DNA of 64,000 nt from Chloroflexota bacterium (GTDB taxonomy: Bacteria > Chloroflexota > UBA11872 > VXOZ01). The position numbers and the translations under genes are program-made. The stretch covers positions 288,001 through 352,000 of the forward strand of contig CAXXVD010000001.1 in the NCBI GenBank assembly GCA_963662335.2, given 5' to 3'. The notes under the pieces were generated by a model. The model was not told the origin of the DNA. It worked only from the letters and a program-made list of their open reading frames with translations, and made no database searches. Shown here one piece after another: positions 55,205 to 64,000 of this stretch (position 1 is its first letter; the number at the start of each line of letters is the position of its first letter).

Positions 55205-56485
55205 ATGGGCACGGAAGGACAACCGGAGAGCGCCGCCGCGGCCCCGCAGGCCGGGCCGGTCGCGCGCGCCGAGCGCATCCAGGTCATCGACGTCCTGCGC
55301 GGCTTTGCGCTGCTGGGCATTCTGCTGGTCAACATGGAGTTGTTCAGCAATCCCGTGCAGCAGGCCATATTCGGCCTCAAGGAGTGGAGCGGCGTCGATC
55401 GTCTCGCCGTCTGGGGCATTCGCTTTCTGGCCGAAGGCAAGTTCTACTCGCTCTTCTCGCTGCTCTTCGGCATCGGGTTCGCGCTCCAGATACAGCGCGC
55501 CGAGACCCGGGGCACGACGTTCGTGCCGTTCTATCTGCGCCGCCTGGGAATCCTCCTGCTCATCGGCCTGGCCCACGCAATCTTCATCTGGACCGGCGAC
55601 ATTCTGGTGCTCTACGCCCTCGTTGGCGCCATTCTGCTGCTCCTGTTCCGCCGCCGCTCGCCGCGCACGCTGCTGATATGGGCCGGCGTCATGCTCGCGG
55701 TGACCATTCTCATCAACGCCGCGCTTACCGGTCTCGTGGCGCTTGCCCAGCTTTCGCCCGAGGCCGCGGCGGAACTGAGCCGGGAGTTTGCCCAAACGGA
55801 GGCCAATCTGCGCGCCGACGCGGCGCACGCCGGCCAGGTCTTCGCCTCCGGGTCATTTGCCGAGATCACCGCGCAACGCCTGAGCGACCTCGCGTTTGTG
55901 TACCAGTTTGCCGCTTTCCTGGCCTTTAATGTCCTCGCCATGTTCTTGCTGGGCCTCTACATTGGGCGCAAGGGCATCCTGCGGGACATTCCCGGCCACC
56001 TGCCGCTCTTCCGCAGAATCCTGCTATGGGGACTGCCGCTTGGCATCGTTGGCAACCTGGTGTACGTCGCCTTCATCGAAGGCGCGAGCCGCAGCGAGCC
56101 CGAGTGGCAGAGCCTTATCGCCGTCGTCGGCCAGACCCTCGGCGCGCCGGCCCTCGCCCTCAGCTATGCGGCGGCAATCATCCTGCTTGTCCAACACGAC
56201 ACGTGGCACGCCAGGCTCGCGCCGCTGGCCGCGGTCGGGCGCATGGCCTTGAGCAACTACCTCTTGCAGTCGCTGGTGGCCACCACGCTCTTCTACGGCT
56301 ACGGGTTCGGCCTCTTTGGAAAGGTCGGCCCGGCGCTCGGCATCCTCATCACCCTTGCCATCTTCGGCGCGCAGATACCGCTGAGCGTCTGGTGGATGGG
56401 CAGATTCCAGTTCGGGCCGGTGGAGTGGCTCTGGCGCACCTTGACCTACCTGCGCCCGCAGCCCTTCCGCCTGCCGCGCGCATGA
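55205..56485 (+). CDS. DUF418 family membrane protein (YeiB-like)
   Basis: RI..IDVLRGFALLGILLVN, GKFYSLFSLLFG, GRMALSNYLLQS, GPVEWLWR. Confidence 0.93.
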   Translation: MGTEGQPESAAAAPQAGPVARAERIQVIDVLRGFALLGILLVNMELFSNPVQQAIFGLKEWSGVDRLAVWGIRFLAEGKFYSLFSLLFGIGFALQIQRAETRGTTFVPFYLRRLGILLLIGLAHAIFIWTGDILVLYALVGAILLLLFRRRSPRTLLIWAGVMLAVTILINAALTGLVALAQLSPEAAAELSREFAQTEANLRADAAHAGQVFASGSFAEITAQRLSDLAFVYQFAAFLAFNVLAMFLLGLYIGRKGILRDIPGHLPLFRRILLWGLPLGIVGNLVYVAFIEGASRSEPEWQSLIAVVGQTLGAPALALSYAAAIILLVQHDTWHARLAPLAAVGRMALSNYLLQSLVATTLFYGYGFGLFGKVGPALGILITLAIFGAQIPLSVWWMGRFQFGPVEWLWRTLTYLRPQPFRLPRA

Positions 56486-56570
56486 GGCAACGTGCCAATG
56501 CACCGCCAATGGTTATATAATCGCACGTAGTTCACCTTCACACCCGGCACGCCATTTGGGAGGAACACCC

Positions 56571-57446
56571 GTGGTCATAGACGCCCATCATCACCTCGGC
56601 CAGGAAGCCGACTACGCCGACAAACTCATCGACACCATGGCCAAGCTCGGCGTTGACAAGACGGTCCTGCTCGCTACGAGCACCAGCGGGCCCGGCAGCA
56701 GCAACGAGCAAATCGAGAAAGCCATCCACAAGCACCCCGAAGAGCTGATAGGCTTCGGCTGGGTGGACCCGGCGCTGGACGCCAATGCCGTAGACACCGT
56801 GCAGCAACTCCATGACAACGGCTTCAAAGGCCTGAAGTTCATCAAGACGCGCAAGGCCTACGACGACCGCTCGTACATTCCCACCTACCAGAAGGCTGCC
56901 GACCTGGAGATGCCTATTCTCTTCCACCAGGGCATTGTGGCGCGCCATGCCGACGACATCGCCAACGACGTGCACTCCGGCCGCATGATGCCGGTGCATC
57001 TCGATTACATCGCGCGCCAAGTGCCCGAACTCGTCATGATCGGCGCGCACCTGGGCAATCCCTGGTGGTACGAGGGCGGCATGGTGCTGCGCTGGAATCC
57101 CAATCTCTACATGGACATCACCGGCTCGACCCTGAAGATGCTGGCGCCCGAGGATGTGGGCAAGATTCTCTGGTGGCGGCGCGACAGCCAGTACCGGGAT
57201 CCGTGGGGACGCGACGCCTGGGAAAAGATCGTCTTCGGCACCGACGTGCCCTACTTCCTGATGGAAGACGTGATGAACGACTACCGCAACTGCATGGACC
57301 TGCTCGGCGTGCCGCCGGACATCCAAAAGGGCGTGTGGGGCGATACGATGGAAAAGATCCTTACCTACGAGCTTTCTGAAAAACACCGTCCGTTCGACGA
57401 CCAGGGCGGCCACTACCCGCACGCGATTCCGCAGGACGACAAGTAA
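56571..57446 (+). CDS. Amidohydrolase_2 family protein
   Basis: IDAHHH, GFKGLK, PILFH.G, AHLG, FGTD.P. Confidence 0.9.
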   Translation: MVIDAHHHLGQEADYADKLIDTMAKLGVDKTVLLATSTSGPGSSNEQIEKAIHKHPEELIGFGWVDPALDANAVDTVQQLHDNGFKGLKFIKTRKAYDDRSYIPTYQKAADLEMPILFHQGIVARHADDIANDVHSGRMMPVHLDYIARQVPELVMIGAHLGNPWWYEGGMVLRWNPNLYMDITGSTLKMLAPEDVGKILWWRRDSQYRDPWGRDAWEKIVFGTDVPYFLMEDVMNDYRNCMDLLGVPPDIQKGVWGDTMEKILTYELSEKHRPFDDQGGHYPHAIPQDDK

Positions 57447-57483
57447 CGACCCGGCGCGTGGACGCCGCCTCCGTTAGCAAATC

Positions 57484-57717
57484 GTAGCGCGGGGGCTTGT
57501 CCCTATTGGTGTCGCATTGACGTAGCGCGGGTGCCTGTTCCCCGCCGACATGCGACCATAACGGCAACCCGGAGCGCGAGGGCTTGCCGCCATGCCGCCG
57601 GTTCTGCGTAGCGCGGGGGCTTGTCCCCCGCCGACATGCGACCATAACGGCAACCCGGAGCGCGAGGGCTTGCCGCCATGCCGCCGATTCTGCGTAGCGC
57701 GGGGGCTTGTCCCCCGC
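57484..57717. repeat. Split REP-A, MITE-2 end (57504-57521) and 2.3 x 86-bp tandem array each unit starting with REP-A
   Basis: GTAG starts at 57484, 57522, 57608, 57694. Confidence 0.9.
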
Positions 57718-57848
57718 TTCCTCGTGTCGGGGCGGCAACGTACACCATCAACTCCGTTCACGCTTCGACAGGCTCAGCGCGAACGGGATTCGTGGACACG
57801 AACGGGTGTTGGATACGAACGGAATTGGAAAAACAGAGGAGTTGAAAC

Positions 57849-58736
57849 ATGGAGATGCGCACACTGGGCCAGACCGACATGGTGGTAAGCTGGCTGGGCT
57901 TTGGCGCGGCGCGCATCGCCACCGACGCCGGCGCGCCCGCCCAGGCCGCAAAGCTGCTCAACGCCCTGCTGGACAGCGGCGTCAACTACATCGACACCGC
58001 GGAGTGCTACGGGGAGAGCGAAGCAACCCTCGGCACGCACATCAGCCACCGCCGGAGCGATTTCTTGCTCGCCACCAAGTGCGGCCACGCCGACGGTGAA
58101 ATGACCGCGCCGGATTGGACCGCCGCGGCCGTTACGCAGTCCATAGACCGCTCGCTGCGCCGCATGCAGACCGACTATCTCGACCTGGTGCACCTGCACA
58201 CCTGCGAGGTGGACGTGCTCCGCCAAGGGGACGTGGTGCGCGCCCTCCAAGAGGCCCAGCAGGCCGGCAAGACCCGCTACATCGGCTACAGCGGTGACAA
58301 CGAGGCGGCCCTGGAAGCCATCGGCATGGGGGTGTTCGCCACCCTGTTGACCTCGTTCAATGTGGTGGACCAGCGCGCGCTCGATGCAGTCTTGCCCGCG
58401 GCGGAAGCGGCCGGCATGGGCATCATCGCCAAGCGCCCCATCGCCAACGCGGCCTTCAACCGGCCCGCCTCGCCCTACGACTACGCCGACGCGTACTGGC
58501 AGCGCGCGCAACTCTTCACCACGCCTGCGGGCGCGCCCACCGACGGCGTGGCGCTGGCGCTGCGCTTCTGCCGCTCGTTCGACTACATCGACACGGCGAT
58601 TGTCGGCATCGACAGCCTGGCGCAACTGGCCGCCAACCTGCGCGACGAGGCGGCGGGACCGCTGCCGCCGGCCGCGCTCGCTTCCCTGCGGGAGCAATTC
58701 CAAACGCACGGCCAAGACTGGCCGCAGTTACTCTAA
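57849..58736 (+). CDS. Aldo/keto reductase
   Basis: GVNYIDTAECYG.SE, ATK, SLRRMQTDYLDLVHLH. Confidence 0.93.
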   Translation: MEMRTLGQTDMVVSWLGFGAARIATDAGAPAQAAKLLNALLDSGVNYIDTAECYGESEATLGTHISHRRSDFLLATKCGHADGEMTAPDWTAAAVTQSIDRSLRRMQTDYLDLVHLHTCEVDVLRQGDVVRALQEAQQAGKTRYIGYSGDNEAALEAIGMGVFATLLTSFNVVDQRALDAVLPAAEAAGMGIIAKRPIANAAFNRPASPYDYADAYWQRAQLFTTPAGAPTDGVALALRFCRSFDYIDTAIVGIDSLAQLAANLRDEAAGPLPPAALASLREQFQTHGQDWPQLL

Positions 58737-60046
58737 TCCGGCCGCACGCGGCCGGCGGCGTCCAAGCCCTGCCGGCCGGGGAAAGTGTCGCGCCGCAAGC
58801 CGAAGTACCAGAAGAAGAGCGCGGCGCTGACGGCGGTAAGCGCCGCGCTGGCCAGGAAGAAACTCTGGTAGCCGTAGACGCCGACCAGGTAGCCGCCGGC
58901 GAAACCCATCGTGCCCCAGCCAATGCCGGCCACCATGTTGGCCACGCCCGCGGCCGCCTCTCGCCAGCGCGCCGGCACCACCTCCATGGTGTGGCGCAGG
59001 CTGCACGGGCGTTGGATGTACGTGAAGCTGACCAGTCCCGCGTAGCCCACGGCCGCGCCGGCCCAATGCGGCAGCAACGCGAACGCCGCCGTGCTCACCG
59101 CCATGCCGAGACTCGCCCAGACGATGACGGGTTCCAGTCCCCACCGCCGGGCGAAATAGGGCGAAAGCAGCGCGGCAAATCCGCCCACAAGCTGGCCGCA
59201 CGCGGCCAACATGCCGATCTGCGCCGTGGGCATGGCGAGGATTTCGTCCAGATAGACGTTGAAGAAGGTGCGCTGCGCGCCTTCGGACGCGATGCGCAGC
59301 ATGATGACCAGGCCCATCATCGCAATGATGAGCGCCGGCAGGCCCGCTGATGATCTGCTTGTGCGCGACGGCGGCTCCTGGTCTGCCGCGCGCGTCGCCG
59401 TCGCGGCGGTAGTGGACAAGGCGACAACACCGGCCAGCATCGCGAACGCCGCCGCCAGCAAGGCCAGCGCGTAGGAGGCCGTGTCCGTGATGGGCAAGAG
59501 GCCGGCCAGCGTGCCCGGCAGAAAGCCGCCGGCCAATGCGCCGACGAAAGCGGCAATTGGGCTCATGCCTACCCGCAGGGAGTAGAGGTACATGCGTTCG
59601 CGGGGCGTCGTCGATTGCAGCATGAAGGGATTGCTGTTTACGAAGTAGGCGTCCAGCCCCATCGAGGTGACCGTGTAGGCCGCCGCGATCCAGGCCACCT
59701 GCGCGTTGCCGGCGAGAAACTGCGCGGCGGGCAGCAAGCCCATGCCCAACGCCGCGAGCATGAATCCCACTTGCAGCATCCGCCGCGTGCCAAAGCGCGC
59801 CCCCAAGGCCCCGGCCGGCAGGCTGAACAGCGCGTACGCCACGAAGCCCAAGCCGTTGACCAGGCCGACGACCGTGGGGCCGTAGCCCAACCGCAGTAGG
59901 TAGAGATTGAGGAGCACGGCGTAGATGCCGAAATAGGCGAACCCGAGCAACAGCGCGCTGAGAATGAAGATGCGCACGTTGCGGTTGAAGAGCCGCAACG
60001 CCTGCAAGTATCCGGTCGCCGCCGCCATGTCCTGGGACGCCTGCAC
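58733..60046 (-). CDS. MFS transporter
   Basis: GALGARFGTRR motif; about 12 hydrophobic segments. Confidence 0.88.
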   Translation of the reverse strand: MQASQDMAAATGYLQALRLFNRNVRIFILSALLLGFAYFGIYAVLLNLYLLRLGYGPTVVGLVNGLGFVAYALFSLPAGALGARFGTRRMLQVGFMLAALGMGLLPAAQFLAGNAQVAWIAAAYTVTSMGLDAYFVNSNPFMLQSTTPRERMYLYSLRVGMSPIAAFVGALAGGFLPGTLAGLLPITDTASYALALLAAAFAMLAGVVALSTTAATATRAADQEPPSRTSRSSAGLPALIIAMMGLVIMLRIASEGAQRTFFNVYLDEILAMPTAQIGMLAACGQLVGGFAALLSPYFARRWGLEPVIVWASLGMAVSTAAFALLPHWAGAAVGYAGLVSFTYIQRPCSLRHTMEVVPARWREAAAGVANMVAGIGWGTMGFAGGYLVGVYGYQSFFLASAALTAVSAALFFWYFGLRRDTFPGRQGLDAAGRVRPD

Positions 60047-60155
60047 GAGAGGCTCCGCTCCCTATAAAACGAAAGCGCGCCGCCTGAGACGGCGCGCGCC
60101 TACCCTGCGCAAAGAGTATGGTACCACGCCCGCGCGCCGCGCCGCCCCGCCAACC

Positions 60156-60251
60156 GTAGCGCGGGGATTGCCTCCCGCCGCTTCACCCCGTAGCGCGGGG
60201 CTTGTCCCCTAATGGTGTCGCATTAACGTAGCGCGGGGGCTTGTCCCCCGC
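60156..60251. repeat. Three REP-A copies with a MITE-2 end at 60210-60227
   Basis: GTAG starts 60156, 60190, 60228. Confidence 0.85.
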
Positions 60252-60400
60252 CGCCTTGCGCCCGCACTGCCGCCATGACCTTGAACGGTCACGGCGAAGG
60301 CGCATACCCGCTCAATTGGGCAAATCTTCCTGCCCGGCACTCGTTTGGCTTACACTGTCACTAAGAGGACGTTCAACGCACGCGCAGAGAGGCAGCAGCC

Positions 60401-60622
60401 ATGGAACAACTGGGATTCATCGTCATCGTCGGGGTCTTGGTCGTCGGCGCGTGGTACATCATCCCCCGCGTCTTCCCCCATCCGCAGATGGTCTGCACCC
60501 GCTGCGAGGGCACCGGCGCGGTGGACGAAAAGTGGCCGAACCCCGACGAACCGAGCGGCTGGCACGAACTCAAGGGCGAGTGCCCCAAGTGCGACGGCAA
60601 GGGCAAGGTGCGCGCCGCCTGA
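60401..60622 (+). CDS. Small membrane-anchored DnaJ-type zinc-finger protein
   Basis: N-terminal TM helix; CTRCEGTG and CPKCDGKG; GAGG RBS. Confidence 0.8.
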   Translation: MEQLGFIVIVGVLVVGAWYIIPRVFPHPQMVCTRCEGTGAVDEKWPNPDEPSGWHELKGECPKCDGKGKVRAA

Positions 60623-60638
60623 CGCGGCCCACGCGCCC

Positions 60639-61595
60639 ATGTACCTCATACCGATCGACGCCGCGCCGGAAGAAGGCGAGCGGCGGCGGCAACCGCTCGT
60701 CACCGTCGCGCTGGTCGCCCTCAACGTCGCCATGTTCGTGGCGGCGCACAGCCTCGGCTGGAGCGCGCGGGAGTACGGCTTACAGCCGGCCGCGCTCTGG
60801 GCCGGGGACGTCGCCCAACTCCGCAACCTCCTGCTCGCCGCCTTTCTCCACTTCGGCCCGTTGCACCTGGCCGGCAACATGCTCTTTCTCTGGGTCTTTG
60901 GCGGCAACGTCGAGGACGAGATGGGGCGCTGGGGATTTGCCGTTTTCTACCTGGCGTGCGGCATTGGCGCGGGCATTGTCGAGTCCGCCCTCTTTGCCGC
61001 CGAGATGATCCCCCGCATCGGCGCCAGCGGCGCGATCGCCGGTGTGCTCGGCGCGTACTTGGTGCTCTTCCCGCTCTCCGCGATCGGCATCCTGCCGCTC
61101 CACATGCTCCCCTTCTGGGCGCTGGGCCGCCTGACCGGGGATCCAGAGACGCGCCCGCCCACGTTCGACGTCTCGGCCATCATCGTCATTGGCGTCTGGC
61201 TGGCGCTGCAAGTGATGGGCTCGCTGGGATCGGCCGTCGGCCAAGGCGGCGGCATTGCCTACACGGCGCACCTGGGCGGGTTTGCCATTGGCTTCGCGAT
61301 CGTCCAGGTCTTGCGCCGCGGCTTTGGCTTCGCGCCCGACGCGGACGACGGCGAACCCGCGATTATGCGCAGCGCCGGCTATGAGGTCATCGTTGCCAGG
61401 CGCCCGTTGCCCGCCGGACACACCCTCGCTCCCGGCGACGTAGAGCCCTACGTGTGGCGGCACGCCCTGCCGGCCGGACACTTCACGCCGGATGAAGCGC
61501 CGCGCCTCTACGGCAAGCGCCTGCGGCGCACGCGCTACCGCTATCAGGCCATACTGCGGGAAGACCTGGCGGAGGAGGAATCCTCTTCAGAGTAG
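60639..61595 (+). CDS. Rhomboid intramembrane serine protease with C-terminal SAF-like domain
   Basis: FLH...HL.GNM, GASGA, AHLGG; VIVARRPLPAGHTL...DV ... G......ILREDL. Confidence 0.85.
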   Translation: MYLIPIDAAPEEGERRRQPLVTVALVALNVAMFVAAHSLGWSAREYGLQPAALWAGDVAQLRNLLLAAFLHFGPLHLAGNMLFLWVFGGNVEDEMGRWGFAVFYLACGIGAGIVESALFAAEMIPRIGASGAIAGVLGAYLVLFPLSAIGILPLHMLPFWALGRLTGDPETRPPTFDVSAIIVIGVWLALQVMGSLGSAVGQGGGIAYTAHLGGFAIGFAIVQVLRRGFGFAPDADDGEPAIMRSAGYEVIVARRPLPAGHTLAPGDVEPYVWRHALPAGHFTPDEAPRLYGKRLRRTRYRYQAILREDLAEEESSSE

Positions 61596-61654
61596 TCACC
61601 ATTGCCGCGCGGCGGCCACTCAGGGGCATGGAAGTGTGTGATGGCCGTCTGACC

Positions 61655-61724
61655 GTCATTCCCGCGCACGCAGGAATCCATCTTCGCCTCGCACCCTGTG
61701 GATTCCCGCTTTCGCGGGAATGAC
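61655..61724. repeat. REP-D inverted doublet
   Basis: GTCATTCCCGCGCACGCAGGAATCCA ... TGGATTCCCGCTTTCGCGGGAATGAC. Confidence 0.9.
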
Positions 61725-61760
61725 GGAGCCGGCCGCGCGACGGCCACCCAGCGGCAGCGC

Positions 61761-62207
61761 TCACTTAGGCGGCAACTTGACGATCGCGAACCAGAAGTCC
61801 TCCAGCGACTGCACCACCGTTGAGAACTGCTCCAGGCCGACCGGCTTCGTGATGTAGCAGTTCGCGTGCAGTTGGTAGCTCTTCAGGATGTCTTCATCCT
61901 GCGACGACGTGGTGAGCACGGCTACCGGAATCGTCTTCAAATCCGGATCCTCTTTGATCTCCGCCAGCACCTCGCGCCCGTCCATGCGGGGCATGTTGAG
62001 GTCGAGCAGGATGAGGTCCGGGCGGGGCGCGCCCGGGTATGCGCCCTCTCTGCGCAAGAACGCCAGCGCCTCCACCCCATCGCCAACCACGTGCAGGTTC
62101 GTCTGAATCTTGCTGCCCAGCAGCGTCTCCTGGGTAAGGAGCACGTCGCCCGGATCATCTTCTACCAGCAGGACTTCCACCGGCTTGGCCGTGGGGTGCA
62201 CTTGCAT
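61761..62207 (-). CDS. Single-domain response regulator (Rcp1-like)
   Basis: [31 protein letters not shown]. Confidence 0.93.
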   Translation of the reverse strand: MQVHPTAKPVEVLLVEDDPGDVLLTQETLLGSKIQTNLHVVGDGVEALAFLRREGAYPGAPRPDLILLDLNMPRMDGREVLAEIKEDPDLKTIPVAVLTTSSQDEDILKSYQLHANCYITKPVGLEQFSTVVQSLEDFWFAIVKLPPK

Positions 62208-62213
62208 CTGCCG

Positions 62214-63509
62214 CTACTCCGGCGCGTGGGGCAGGCTAAAGCGGAACGTCGCGCCGCTGCCTGCCTGTGATTCGACCCAGATGCGGCCGCCGTGCCGCTC
62301 CACGATCTTCTTGCACACCGCCAGGCCGATGCCCGTGCCGCCGTACTCCTCGCGTGTGTGCAGCCGTTGGAAGATCACGAAGATGCGCTCGGCGTACTCC
62401 GGCGCGATGCCGATGCCGTTGTCGCGCACGAAGAATATCCAATCACCGCTCTCTTCCGCCGCGCCAACGTGGATGCGCGGCGGCGCGTCGCCGCGATACT
62501 TGACGGCGTTGCCGATGAGGTTCTGCAACAGGCGCACAAGCTGCCGGGCATCCCCATTTACCCTCGGCAGGGGGTCATGGGTAACGCGCGCAGCGCTTTC
62601 AGCGATTGCGAGTTCGAGATTGGCTAGAGCCTCCTGCAGAACGTCGTCCATCTCAGCCGGCGCAAACTCCTCGCCGCGCGTCGTTACCCGCGAGTAGAGC
62701 AAAAGGTCGTTGACCAGCGCCTGCATGCGCAGCGCTCCGTCCACGATGTAGTGCAGATACGTGCCCGCCCGCTCATCCAACTGCTCCCCATAGCGCGACT
62801 CCAGCAAGTTGCAAAAGCTCGCGATCTTGCGCAGTGGCTCCTGGAGGTCGTGGGAAGCGACGTAGGCGAATTGCTGTAGCTCTTGGTTGGAGCGTTGCAG
62901 TTCCGTCACGGCGCTCTCCAGCGCTTGCTGAGCGGCTTCCAGCTTCTCGTATGCGAAGGCGTTGGCAATGGTGCCGGCGATCTGGGCGCCAATCCGCTCC
63001 GCCTGCGCGACGTGATTCTCGTCATAGGCGTAAGGCCGCAGCGAACGGATGTTCAAGGTGCCGACGAATGTGCCGCGCGCAATGAGGGGCACGGCAATCC
63101 GGGTTTGAAAGTCGCCGCCAAGCTCACGCGCCGGTTGGTGACCGGCCTCTTCCTCCTCAGCCGGCGTCCTGAACAAGATGCCGCGGCGATCACGCTCCAG
63201 AATATCGCTTATGCCGCCCGGCACTATGTCGTGCACGACGTTCCGTTCCCAGCCCGGAATGTCTCCGCCCACCGCGTAAACGGCCTGTACGGTATGCGCT
63301 TCCATATCGACAGACGAGATTGAGAGACGGTCGAACGGTATGAGCAACGAGACCTGGTAGGCAAACTGCTCGTAGATTTCGTCGATATTGAGGGTCGAAC
63401 TGATGATGCGGCCAATCTCCGCCAACACCGCGTACTCGGTGGCTTGCTGCCCGGCCTGCCCGCGCGGAGTCGTATCAGGAACCCGAACCTGTCCTGAAGC
63501 CTCACCCAT
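62214..63509 (-). CDS. GAF sensor histidine kinase (Cph1/BphP-type HisKA)
   Basis: FAYVASHDLQEPLR H-box, NLIGNAVKY, DNGIGI, GTGIGL. Confidence 0.93.
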   Translation of the reverse strand: MGEASGQVRVPDTTPRGQAGQQATEYAVLAEIGRIISSTLNIDEIYEQFAYQVSLLIPFDRLSISSVDMEAHTVQAVYAVGGDIPGWERNVVHDIVPGGISDILERDRRGILFRTPAEEEEAGHQPARELGGDFQTRIAVPLIARGTFVGTLNIRSLRPYAYDENHVAQAERIGAQIAGTIANAFAYEKLEAAQQALESAVTELQRSNQELQQFAYVASHDLQEPLRKIASFCNLLESRYGEQLDERAGTYLHYIVDGALRMQALVNDLLLYSRVTTRGEEFAPAEMDDVLQEALANLELAIAESAARVTHDPLPRVNGDARQLVRLLQNLIGNAVKYRGDAPPRIHVGAAEESGDWIFFVRDNGIGIAPEYAERIFVIFQRLHTREEYGGTGIGLAVCKKIVERHGGRIWVESQAGSGATFRFSLPHAPE

Positions 63510-63672
63510 CTGCTACTCCCAGGGGCCGGCTGACCCTGCGGCACGTGCCGAAACGGCGAAAAAGGCCCAATCGCAGCGCACTGGCACACGCGCGGTGCGA
63601 TTATGCTAGAGTGGTACGTACATCCTTGTGAGAAGTCTACCACACAAATCGATCAAGGGAGCCTACGCCGGT

Positions 63673-64000
63673 ATGGACACGAATATCTTCGAAATCCTCC
63701 TCGTGGAGGACGATAGCGGCGACGCCGAACTACTCTATGAATTGCTTGCGCAAGTGCCCAACATGCAGTTCGACGTGACGCACGTGACGCGGCTTGCCGA
63801 GGCCAGCGCGCAGACGAACGTGGAACCCTACGACGTCATCCTGCTCGACCTGGCGCTGCCGGACAGCCAGGGCATCGACACGATCCGCGCGATGGTGAGC
63901 GCCGCTCCCAATACCCCAATCGTGGTGCTCACGGGCCTCGATGACGAAGACACGGGCCTCGCGGCGCTCCGGAACGGCGCGCAGGACTACCTGGTGAAGG
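63673..64000 (+). CDS. Response regulator receiver domain, 3' truncated by window edge
   Basis: My translation: MDTNIFEILLVEDD...ILLDLALPDSQG...VVLTG...GAQDYLVK. Confidence 0.9.
   Translation, partial: MDTNIFEILLVEDDSGDAELLYELLAQVPNMQFDVTHVTRLAEASAQTNVEPYDVILLDLALPDSQGIDTIRAMVSAAPNTPIVVLTGLDDEDTGLAALRNGAQDYLVK

Noticed and set aside
60345-60638. N-terminal extension of the rhomboid ORF; similarly 29210-29410 for HtrA and 27763-27891 for the kinase-like gene
   Set aside because: Overlap other genes or lack an RBS; downstream starts fit better

Overview
High-GC bacterial chromosomal segment, probably Chloroflexota (inferred from the N-terminal domain of the LRR protein, the many Gfo/Idh/MocA paralogues and the eukaryote-like LRR protein; a host- or sponge-associated lifestyle is only a guess). 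About 50 CDSs: a form II coxS-coxL-coxM molybdo-flavoprotein operon; catabolic genes (Gfo/Idh/MocA x4, enolase, creatininase, amidohydrolase, C45 peptidase, aldo-keto reductase); housekeeping genes (tRNA-Leu(TAA), rpsF-ssb-rpsR, pyrE, DinG helicase, PPIase, modAB, plsX, holA, rpsT); a single-chain ABC transporter; and a two-component cluster at the right edge. I found no CRISPR array, cas gene, transposase or prophage. The most unusual signal is non-coding. Intergenic DNA holds at least six families of REP-like palindromes plus three families of tiny non-autonomous elements with terminal inverted repeats (TIRs) and target-site duplications (TSDs). These elements carry REP hairpins as cargo, mostly insert into other REP hairpins, and nest inside each other (three layers at the modA RBS). 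Other leads: a degenerate histidine kinase coupled to an HtrA gene, a leader-peptide attenuator before a methyltransferase, LRR-PQQ dehydrogenase and rhomboid-SAF fusions, and a palindrome that appears to interrupt a gene start. All calls come from reading motifs by eye; no database searches were run, so novelty is unverified.
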